A stretch of 63,923 bases of DNA, filler included, from Octopus bimaculoides (lineage: Eukaryota): the NCBI RefSeq assembly GCF_001194135.2. It is 10 parts of 9 records of this genome, joined end to end, with 100 filler letters (N's around TTAATTAATTAA, not from the genome) between each part and the next. Parts side by side here need not be neighbours in the genome. Positions count along the whole stretch, not along the records: positions 1 to 5,540 come from NC_068991.1; positions 5,641 to 11,262 come from NC_068989.1; 8 more parts are not named here. One strand, written 5' to 3'. Below, one piece after another: positions 1-10,245 of this stretch. Position numbers and translations under genes: made by a program. Each line of letters opens with the position of its first letter. Position 1 is the stretch's first letter. Below the pieces are notes generated by a model that saw only the letters and a list, made by a program, of their open reading frames with translations, was not told the origin of the DNA and ran no database searches.

Positions 1-313
1 ACTCTTTTACTTGTTTCAGTCACTTGACTGCGGCCATGCTGGAGCACCGCCTTTAATCGAGAAAATCGACCCCAGGCCTTATTCTTTGTAAGCCTAGTAA
101 TTATTCTATTGGTCCCTTTTGCTATGTTACGGGGACGTAAACACACCACCATCGGTTGTCAAGCGATGTTTGTGGTACAAACACAGACATACAAACATAT
201 ACACACACATATATATATATACATATATACGACGGGCTTCTTTCAGTTGCCGTCTACCAAATCCACTCACAAGGCTTTGGTTGGCCCGAGGCTATAGTAG
301 AAGATACTTGCCC
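1..313 (-). mobile_element. SINE family A (tRNA-derived, internal microsatellite), head lost in gap
   Basis: Matches the full copy at 28085-28507 in reverse: ACTCTTTTACTTGTTTCAGTC tail, internal (CA)/(TA) tract, then GACGGGCTTCTTTCAG...CACTTGCCC. Confidence 0.9.
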
Positions 314-1519
314 NNNNNNNNNNNNNNNNNNNNNNNNNNNNNNNNNNNNNNNNNNNNNNNNNNNNNNNNNNNNNNNNNNNNNNNNNNNNNNNNNNNNNNN
401 NNNNNNNNNNNNNNNNNNNNNNNNNNNNNNNNNNNNNNNNNNNNNNNNNNNNNNNNNNNNNNNNNNNNNNNNNNNNNNNNNNNNNNNNNNNNNNNNNNNN
501 NNNNNNNNNNNNNNNNNNNNNNNNNNNNNNNNNNNNNNNNNNNNNNNNNNNNNNNNNNNNNNNNNNNNNNNNNNNNNNNNNNNNNNNNNNNNNNNNNNNN
601 NNNNNNNNNNNNNNNNNNNNNNNNNNNNNNNNNNNNNNNNNNNNNNNNNNNNNNNNNNNNNNNNNNNNNNNNNNNNNNNNNNNNNNNNNNNNNNNNNNNN
701 NNNNNNNNNNNNNNNNNNNNNNNNNNNNNNNNNNNNNNNNNNNNNNNNNNNNNNNNNNNNNNNNNNNNNNNNNNNNNNNNNNNNNNNNNNNNNNNNNNNN
801 NNNNNNNNNNNNNNNNNNNNNNNNNNNNNNNNNNNNNNNNNNNNNNNNNNNNNNNNNNNNNNNNNNNNNNNNNNNNNNNNNNNNNNNNNNNNNNNNNNNN
901 NNNNNNNNNNNNNNNNNNNNNNNNNNNNNNNNNNNNNNNNNNNNNNNNNNNNNNNNNNNNNNNNNNNNNNNNNNNNNNNNNNNNNNNNNNNNNNNNNNNN
1001 NNNNNNNNNNNNNNNNNNNNNNNNNNNNNNNNNNNNNNNNNNNNNNNNNNNNNNNNNNNNNNNNNNNNNNNNNNNNNNNNNNNNNNNNNNNNNNNNNNNN
1101 NNNNNNNNNNNNNNNNNNNNNNNNNNNNNNNNNNNNNNNNNNNNNNNNNNNNNNNNNNNNNNNNNNNNNNNNNNNNNNNNNNNNNNNNNNNNNNNNNNNN
1201 NNNNNNNNNNNNNNNNNNNNNNNNNNNNNNNNNNNNNNNNNNNNNNNNNNNNNNGCAATATTTGCAAACAAATATCTGGGACTGAGATGGGGCGGGGGGC
1301 AGAACAAATGTTGCTCTGACTTACGCTAATCTAGTTGTGGCATACATTGAGGTCTAGATATATGAACAATCAAAATTAAAATATGGCTTGAACTTCCACA
1401 AATATCTATTAGAAACCTGGAAACGTTATCTAGATGACTGCCTAATCCTATGGACACATACACTTAAACAACTAATAGATGTCAAAGAGCTAATCNNNNN
1501 NNNNNTATATATATATACA

Positions 1520-2974
1520 CAGTGAGGCTTTGCTATAGCGTCGTATATTTTCGACTGCTATTTCCAGTAAATATTGGTGCATTGTTGTACCACTATTTTG
1601 TATATATATATATATAAGGATATGGACTAGAGGCAACAAATTTCTGGCTTTGACAAATCCCATCATGAAATTCGAGACAGAATTGAAAAAAGTTTCATCA
1701 CTGAAGTAATAAAGTTTATCCTCGAAAACAACATGTTTGACTTTGTTAGCAATATTTGCAAACAAATATCTGGGACTGAGATGGGGCGGGGGGCAGAACA
1801 AATGTTGCTCTGACTTACGCTAATCTAGTTGTGGCATACATTGAGGTCTAGATATATGAACAATCAAAATTAAAATATGGCTTGAACTTCCACAAATATC
1901 TATTAGAAACCTGGAAACGTTATCTAGATGACTGCCTAATCCTATGGACACATACACTTAAACAACTAATAGATGTCAAAGAGCTAATCGCCAGCATAAA
2001 CAATAATATAGACTTCACCATGGAATACAGTATAACTCAACTACCATTCCTGGATATACTAATCATCAAAAGAGATAAAAACGTTGAAACAGACATTTAC
2101 TACAAACAAACAGATTCTAAACAATACTTACTGTTCTCCTCATACCATCCCAAACACTCGAAGAATAATTTTCTCTTTAATATAGCAAGAAGAATCTGCA
2201 CAGCTGTCTCAAACCTCGAAACTCGCAATAAAAGACTCCAGGAACTAAAAGAAATACTACTTAAAAGACATATCCATTAAAGTTAATAGACAACGGAACA
2301 GAACGTGCCAATGCAATAAATATCCAAAAACTACGAAAAGCGAAAAACGCTCTAGATACACCCAATAATCTACTATTTATTATAACACACAACCCAAGAA
2401 ATACAGAGTTTTATAAATTTATCTGTGAGAGCATCCCACTACTAATACAAGACCCAAGAAGGAAACTAGCATTCGAAATACACAAAATAGTTAAAAGTAA
2501 AAGACAATCAAAGTCTCTCAAAAATCTCTCACAAGTGCTAAATTACCTTCCACAACTCCTTCACCAACAGTCAAAAAGTGTGGCTGCCCGAATTGTGGGA
2601 CTTGCATCAATCTTATTGAAAACACAAAATACAAATTCAAATCAGGACAGATTTATACCGTAAAAAATCACTTTACATGTTCTTCAAGGAATTTAATATA
2701 CGCTATCAGATGTTAAGGATATAATGAAGATTACATAGGTCAAACAAAACTTACTCTAAGAAATAGACTGACCATTCACCGACAACAAATACAAGACTTC
2801 AGTACTAAGCAGATTCTACTGAGTCGACACATAGATATACATGCAAAAAATAAGTCCCCCAAATTTCAGGTCTTTCCACTCTACTTATATTCAGTGACTA
2901 CCACAGATGAAACACGGATAAACAAATAGAATACTTTCATACAAAAGTTCAAACCCAGTCTCAGCAAATTTTAA
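1520..2974 (+). mobile_element. Decayed Penelope-like element, RT plus C-terminal GIY-YIG endonuclease (Neptune-like layout)
   Basis: Frameshifted RT motifs KQISGTEMG / TYANLVVAYIE / WKRYLDDC / QLPFLDI / TDIYYKQTD..YLLFSSYHPKH. Cys-rich linker KKCGCPNCGTC, then FTCSSRNLIYAIRC*..YIGQT..RNRLTIHR..IQKFKPSL (hand-translated 2570-2974). Several stop codons. Confidence 0.9.
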
Positions 2975-3869
2975 CAAAGTACATACACAAATAACTATGT
3001 ACACGCAAAACTCATTCTGCCACTTGAGGAACCTACACAAGCTAAACTTTAGCCACTGGACTACATACAAAAGACTCCTGTCTGCTCTCCCACTAAACAG
3101 ATTAAATTTGGAGTGCCTTCATTCTAACTAAACATATTTACCCAACCGTGTCGGCCTTCATTTTAGGCGCAAAATATAGTCACGTGACACTAATGCACGG
3201 ACGTAGCGAGAAACGTAAAGAAGGTTTTTAACTTAGTCACGTGTTCAGTCTCTACAAACATTTGACAGACAACATTCAGAGCATTGATTGTTTAGTATTA
3301 CCACTAGACCTATTCACTCAACCATGTCAGCCTTAACTTACGACGCTGAACAGTGTCACGTGATACTAACACACGCACGTAGCGGGGAACCTACAAAGAT
3401 TTCTAAGACCACTCATGTGACTATTTTCTACCTATTAAACCCTATTCAAAACATACTAATTTGAACCATGAACTCCCTATAGAAACAGGGCAAGCTTCAA
3501 ACCCTAGTGAGAAGCAAAGCAGATGCGACATAAGCTACATTTTTTCTATTTCAACTTTAGAAAACCAATGTAAACTATGAAACCAGTTACATATTTAAAT
3601 ATAATAATAAAAATATTTTAACTATTCTTAGTGCATTTTCAACTTCTATTTTTCCTGTATCTCGACTCGTGTAGAATAAAATAACAATTTTATATATATA
3701 TATAAATATATATATATATCGTAAATATGAAGGTAATATATTAAAACAATTTATTACCAGTGGTTAGCATGCATAAATGAAAGTCATAAAACATAACATA
3801 TTTTTAAAGAATATAAGAGTATATAAAATATTTTTATACACAGAGAGGAAACCCCTGAGAGGACTCCTT

Positions 3870-5020
3870 ACATGCTAAAAAGGGCAGTTAAAACCCAATC
3901 CACAAAAAATAGAATTCATGAGGCACGCTGTTATAACACTAGAACGAAGAAAAAATGAATTAGGGCTACAATTACTACCTATCGGGATACTGTTATATTG
4001 TTTAGATATGCCACTGGCTATAGCAATATATGCCTTACTAATGATGAAGCTAATCATTTCTTTTATCTATTTTTATATAAAGAAGACTATCATAGTAACT
4101 AAACATCAACTGTTTTTTTTTTTTTGGAAAATAGATTTATAACCTTTATTAAACAGTATATCAATTACTTTAAATATACTTTCTACTCTTGATTTGTATA
4201 CAGTGTAGAAATATGACAAACATACTCTGAACAATTTGAATCTTTTGGAACTTATATAAAAATTCATTACTAGATAAGCAAACATATAAATTATTAAAAA
4301 AATTCCTTCGCATTACCACATAAAGACCAACCTAATAACGTTTAATGCATTATTAACTAATGTAGATTGTTTAACGGTACACTTTCTCGCATCTGCAATA
4401 AGTCTATTATACGGGATCTTATGTAATTTTGCAATCCAAAAAGACTTTGGAATAACTTTGTCCTTCTCCTCTACGGTGAAGCCATTCAGCATTCCCACCC
4501 CAGATATTCATTTCCTTATTAAATACCATTCATACAGTCACACTACCATATAAGTACTGTTAGTTTAAAGCAAAGTCATCTCGTAACCCAAATTCATTAC
4601 CTAATATCATTAAACAGTCATTTGTTTTTTTACAGCTAATACCAAATTTCCCATCAGCGTTATACATTAATACTATAATGTAAATGTCTCGTAATACGTA
4701 AATGCAACCCTTAAACTTTTGCTTACTAGAAACTGATTCCTCTCCTATCATTCAGTTCATACTTCTAATTCATTCCCATGAGAAAGTAGTTAATCTGTTT
4801 TTTCTCCTGAACATTGTAATTCCTCCAAGCTTTGTAATTTTTCTCATGACTAAACTTTGAAATCGATGATGAATTTCAAGATTACTTCCTCGAATCCATC
4901 TTATCCTAGCTGGTTTCTTGCATCTGGTACCTTTCTTCATTACCTTCTTTAAATCCTCATTTACGATAACATTCAAATCATTCGCATAAACATATCCCAT
5001 CTCTAAGTAACAGAATTCTG
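3870..5020 (-). mobile_element. Second, highly decayed PLE RT fragment of a different lineage (Naiad/Chlamys-like by motif resemblance)
   Basis: Collinear minus-strand peptides GYVYANDLNVIVNEDLKKVMKKG..KP, GISCKKTNDCLMILGNEFGL, PKSFWIAKLHKIPYNRLIADARKCTVK, ISTLYTN, EMISFIIS..KQYNSIPIGSNCSP resemble PLE motifs GDL..KGPKYREP, CKKYY..ELG, YWIPKLHK.PY..RFIA, FSTLYT, Q..GIPMG.NCAP. Clade assignment is inference. Confidence 0.7.
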
Positions 5021-5199
5021 CGTGTACATGTCTGTAAGTGAACATATATGCGCGTGCTGTGCGTGTGTGTGTGTGAGAGAGAGAGTGTGTGTGTGTCCTT
5101 GAGTATAGGTGGGTGGGTGTGTGTTTAATAGCTTGTGAATACTTCGAAACTATGAAATCAATGCTGTTTCTTCTCGATGTTTGTCTGTTTGTCTGTCTT

Positions 5200-5230
<31 letters not shown>

Positions 5231-5584
5231 CCCACTCTTCCTCTCTCTCTCTCTCTCTCTCCCATCTTCTCTTGAAGACGCAACCAGCCCTCACCACCCC
5301 TTTGTCGCATACGCCATAACCACCCCGGCACCAATAGGCCATTCATGCTGTTATTCTAATGGCTTTGGTTTTTGCTGTGATGGTGGTCGTTGGCAAAGGT
5401 GGTATGATGATAATGACAAAAAAGGCGAAGGAAGAAGAGGAAAAAGAGTGAGAAAGGAAAAGTGAACAAGAATGTTTTTAGAAGTAACGGTAGTGTTGGC
5501 GGTAGAGGCAGCTGTGGCGGTTTTGGTTGTCATTCTGGATNNNNNNNNNNNNNNNNNNNNNNNNNNNNNNNNNNNNNNNNNNNN

Positions 5585-5596
5585 TTAATTAATTAA
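5585..5596. other. Assembly linker TTAATTAATTAA (first of nine)
   Basis: 44 N + 12-mer + 44 N = 100; also at 11307, 39844, 43452, 45614, 50170, 53448, 60115, 61883; stops in all six frames. Confidence 0.95.
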
Positions 5597-5640
5597 NNNN
5601 NNNNNNNNNNNNNNNNNNNNNNNNNNNNNNNNNNNNNNNN

Positions 5641-7383
5641 CCGGTCGTCATCCTTCCACTATGGTCAAACAATCTTCAAGAAAAAGTAAAAATAAACATC
5701 CTTTGAATTTCGATTGTTGGAATGTGCGCACACTTCTTGATGATAATTTCAACAAGAGACCAGAAAGGCGTGTTGCACTTATTGCATGTGAGCTCAAGAA
5801 ATATTCCCTTGATATAGTTGCGCTCTCTGAAATTCGTCTCTCTGGTGAGGGTCAAGTAAATGAACCTACTTATGGATATACTGTCTTTTGGAGAGGCTTA
5901 CCAAAGGGCCAGCGTAGAGAATCTGGTGTTGGGTTTGCTCTGAAGAATACATTAGTATCCTCCATTGCAGAGTTTCCAAGTGGTATATCTGAACGGATCA
6001 TGTCATGCTGTATTAAACTGACAAAAGGTAGGTTTCTTACCGTTGTCAGTATTTATGCACCAACAATGTCCCATTCTGATGAAACAGTAGGACAGTTTTA
6101 TGATGATCTAACACAATTATTGAGTACCAATTTCTGGCAAGCTGGTGATATTGGGAGATTTCAGTGCAAGTGTTGGAAAGGACTATGTTTCATGGCCTGT
6201 TTTAGGTCGACAAGGGATTGGAAAATGTAATAAAAATGGAGTAGCTCTTTTGACGGTTTGTACTGAGAATAATCTGGTTGTCACCAATACTCTGGTAAGC
6301 AGAATAATAAACATAAAACCACCTGGATGCACCCAAGATCTAAGCAAGGTGGTCGATTCGTTCGTCTACCTTGGAAGCTCTGTTTAAAATTATGGAAATC
6401 TTGATACAGAAAACACAGCTGCGAATTCAAAGGGCAGCAAAAGCATTTGGTGGCTTGGAGTCACGCGTTTGGTGCCAGCGACATATAAATAAGAATACAA
6501 AGCTGGTTCTTTACAAATCATTTGTCTTACCATCCCTGTTGTATTCCTGTGAAACTCGGACTTGTTATGAAAGGTATTTTAAATTGTTAGAACAATTCCA
6601 CCAAAAATGCCTTCATCGCGTTTTAAAAATTAAATGTAGTTCTTTTACTCCAAGCACAGATGTCCTTGCATCTGCAGGCATCACCTCAATTGAAGCTATG
6701 ATTTTGAGGAACCAATTGAGATGGTGTGGCCATATTGTTCGAATAGCAGATGAACGCATGCCGAAACAGCTGTTTTATGGTGAGAAACGGTATCGGCGTA
6801 GACCTAAAAAAAGGTTTAAGGATGGCATAAGGACTACCATGAAGTCACTTGGAACGGTTCCAGAAGATATAGAAACCCTTGCTTCGAATCGAGTTGTATG
6901 GCGAACAAAGGTGTGGAGTGGGGTAAAAGCATTTCAAGAGGCCAGGATAACGCAAGTAAGTCTCAAAAGAGATCCAAGGAAGAATGTAACGATCGAAAAG
7001 ATGAATGACAATGACCTTTTTGTGTGCACAGTCTGTGACAGACCATGCCTGTCTTTGGCTGGCCTCAAATCTCATCTGCGGATGCAAGGAAAACGAACCT
7101 CCACCAACAATTCTGACTACATGTCTGTGCACACATTTGAATGCAGTGTATGCCAGAAGGTTTGCAAATCCAACGGAGACCTCAAAAGACATGTTAAGAT
7201 CTACAAAAAGCAGAACTTTTCTGCAGGTACTGGTGGTCCAAATCAGAGGTGCAATCTATGTGGATGTCTTTTCAGAATATTGACTGGTTTAAAAAGCCAT
7301 ATCAGATGCCATGATGGTGCTAAGGTGTAGGTACAGGAGGTGGTCAAACTCTGTATAAGGAGCAGACAACCATCATGCTAACG
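5641..7383 (+). mobile_element. RTE-clade LINE with internal deletion: APE endonuclease joined to post-RT C-terminus with three C2H2-like fingers
   Basis: WNVRTL, DIVALSEIRL, SGVGFA, SIYAPT, LGDF.A.VG, NNLVVTNT, WMHPRSK; jump at ~6345 to VVDSFVYLGS; then RIQRAAKAFG, LPSLLYSCET, QLRWCGH, RMPKQLFYGE, RPKKRFKD and three CxxC..H units. Frameshifts present. Confidence 0.92.
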
Positions 7384-7584
7384 TATATATACATATATGT
7401 TTATATATATGCATGTGTNNNNNNNNNNNNNNNNNNNNNNNNNNNNNNNNNNNNNNNNNNNNNNNNNNNNNNNNNNNNNNNNNNNNNNNNNNNNNNNNNN
7501 NNNNNNNNNNNNNNNNNNNNNNNNNNNNNNNNNNNNNNNNNNNNNNNNNNNNNNNNNNNNNNNNNNNNNNNNNNNNNNNNNNNN

Positions 7585-7627
<43 letters not shown>

Positions 7628-7629
<2 letters not shown>

Positions 7630-8090
7630 CTCAGACGTTAACAAGCTGGAAAAGGTGTTTTCTTGAGGTTAAAAAGCAGTAACATAGTCCTATGCAGGAC
7701 TGTCACGTTATGTTGGCAAATAAACTTTACTACACGATACTGTTACTAATTAGACCTCATTCAGAGATTTAGAATTCGTTGTTTTGCTCCTTACGGGATC
7801 AGTGACTGTCAGTCACTTCGATAAGTGTATACTGTAAGTTCGGGTGGCTTCTGTCTCTAGCCAGGCGGTTGTCTAGTACTGAAGACGGGAAATTACCTAG
7901 AAACCATTGATCTGTTGGTACTGCTAACGGCTAGAAGGGAGTAATAAGCCCCCTTACTTACAGTTTGTCTCGGACACAGATCATGTGTCGATAACTAGCT
8001 AGAAAAGTTGTTTTCTTGGCATTAAAAGGTAGTAGAATTGTCCTATGTAGAACTGCCACGTTATGTTGGCAAATAAATTTTACTATACAC
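7628..8090 (+). mobile_element. Retrozyme/PLE-pLTR-like repeat (~1.3 units, period 353 bp) with HHR-like core
   Basis: Imperfect direct repeats 7646-7735 and 7998-8088 (TTATGTTGGCAAATAAA at 7708 and 8061) flank CTGAAGA-stem-GAAAC at 7879-7904. Bounded by (TG)n and (CA)n. Confidence 0.55.
7874..7926 (+). ncRNA. Degenerate type I hammerhead-like motif
   Basis: TAGTA-CTGAAGA-CGGG AAATTA CCTA-GAAA-CCA..TGG-T-A-C-TGCTA. Stem II has a mismatch at its base and there is one extra nucleotide at the cleavage site. Confidence 0.45.
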
Positions 8091-8743
8091 ACACACACGC
8101 ACACGTACACGCACACACGCACACGTACACGCACACACGCACACACACGTACGTATATATGCATCTGTGTGTGTGCGTGTGTTTGTGCGCACGCATAATT
8201 GCACACACACATTCACATATATAACGAATAGATGAGGAAAGCAACTTAAGTATATTACTGAATATACTGAATATTTTTATTTTTGTCATTTCAATAAATA
8301 GAAACCTTCCATATAATCAAGTGTAACATAATTCACGTGACATACATATACGTCAGTGAAAATCTTCAGCCATCATCACATAACATGACGGTTTTGATTG
8401 GATCAAAGGAAGATGACGAGCAATATCAGTCGACATGAGCTGACTCCTGTAACGTTATTTAACTATTTTTGCTTCTAACTTTTCGGGCAAATACTGATTT
8501 TATCATCTCCAGATCATCAAAAGACAAGACAGAACCTAGAAAAATTTGCACTAAGCACGAAAAGGGCACTCTGCAAATAGCATTGTCTATATCTATATCT
8601 TCTTCGATGTATATCAAGCAAAAGCTGTAACCATTGACGAGAATGGCTCGAAGAAACATATCTGATACTATCTATTTAACCCGATGTCCAATGGACGTTT
8701 CCTTTTAACTTTTGACATTGTTAATATTCCGGGGCAGTAATAT

Positions 8744-9100
8744 GGTGAGCTGGTAGAATCGTTAGCACGCCGAACAAAATACTTACTCTTTTACTCTTTT
8801 ACTTGTTTCAGTCATTTGACTGCGGCCATGCTGGAGCACTGCCTTTAGTGGATCAAATCGACCCCGGGACTTATTTTTTGTAACCCTAGTACTTATTCTA
8901 TCGGTCTTTTGCCGAACCGCTAAGTGACTTAATGACATTCCGTCCGTTTTTACGTTCTGAGTTATTCAAATTCCACCGAGATCGACTTTGCCTTTCATCC
9001 TTCCGGAGTCGATAAAATAAGTACCAGTTGAGCATTGAGATCGATGTAATCGAGTAGCCCCTACCCAGAACATGTTGGTCCTGTGCTGAACTTTTGAAAC
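8744..9100 (+). mobile_element. SINE family B interrupted by a SINE A fragment
   Basis: A-box-like TGGTAGAATCGTTAG, B-box-like GAGTT..AAATTCC, core CTTTCATCCTT.CGGAGTCGATAAAATAAGTACCAG. Confidence 0.85.
8784..8928 (-). mobile_element. 5'-truncated SINE A nested in SINE B
   Basis: TACTCTTTTACTCTTTTACTTGTTTCAGTC..GCCGAACCGCTAAG sits between the two halves of the SINE B head. Confidence 0.85.
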
Positions 9101-9170
9101 CTACATTACAGAGTAGTGATCCTCCACAAAAAACATTACTATTGTTCACAGAATGTGGGATAAAATTTAA

Positions 9171-9215
<45 letters not shown>

Positions 9216-9808
9216 AAAAGACATCTAAAAGAGTTTGGTAAAGTAATTTAATAATGATTCTACTGCACATATTAGTATTCAAATTAAAAGTTGTTTTACG
9301 TGTAGAAGCGAGCGACAAATAATAATGTAACCTCAGGAAGATATCACTGACGTCTTGACTACGAGATCAATCATGATTTTCCAGGGAAATCTATGTTTTG
9401 AATTTCTGTTGCAAATATGGAGTTTAGAACTCGGTAAATATAACTAATGTAGACATGGAGATTAAATAAATGATGATTGTTTCGAAAACGATTCTAAAAG
9501 TCACGTACTTTTCTTTCTGTTTGACAAATAGAATCAATATCGATGCAGGTTCTAAGTCAGTGTTCTTATTTTATTGATCTTTAATGTTCACGCGCAGTTT
9601 TGTGGAAATGGTGAAATATACACGTTTTAGAATTTGATGATTCTATTTTCTTGCTTGTAATTTCAGGAATATGAAGGGACAAGAGATTTAAATAAAAGTA
9701 TAAAGATTCTTGGCTGTAATCTCTATAGCTGTTTTGTTAAAACTTTCATATTGATCACCTACATCAATCTTACCCAAAAACATTTTGGGCCTCATTAAAC
9801 TATCTCGT

Positions 9809-9884
<76 letters not shown>

Positions 9885-10131
9885 AGTAAAAATAAATGCA
9901 AAAAAAGGATTTTGTATGATCGTGTATAGAGGAATATATTATTTTATTTAAAAGAGTTCCAACTCTGTTTTTTATGTTTTATTTATATTCTTGTAAGATT
10001 AATGTGGGATATAGAATATGGAATATATAATATATAATATAAAAATGGATGGTACAATGAAATGAAGTATTGAATGTCTTATTGAATATATGAAATATTG
10101 AGTGTTCAATATAAAGGATTAAATATATAAA

Positions 10132-10175
10132 GGCGAATACGTATTTTCAATACCTTGTAGTATTTCATCATGGCC
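10132..10175 (-). ncRNA. Minimal hammerhead-like motif (left arm)
   Basis: Minus strand GGC-CATGATGA-AATACT ACAA GGTATT-GAAA-ATACGTAT-T-C-GCC. The core has a non-canonical extra or substituted A. Confidence 0.6.
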
Positions 10176-10201
10176 GGTATCTGCCGGTATCTGCAGATAC
10201 C

Positions 10202-10245
10202 GGCTATGATGAAATACCACAAGGTATTGAAAATACGTATTCGCC
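10202..10245 (+). ncRNA. Minimal hammerhead-like motif (right arm)
   Basis: GGC-TATGATGA-AATACC ACAA GGTATT-GAAA-ATACGTAT-T-C-GCC: 6-bp stem II, palindromic stem III, UUC cleavage triplet, stem I GGC/GCC. Confidence 0.6.

Noticed and set aside
1255-1495. Exact duplicate of 1749-1989 (PLE RT segment) as a biological tandem
   Set aside because: Identical sequence between a long gap and a 10-N gap; most likely a contig-overlap artefact
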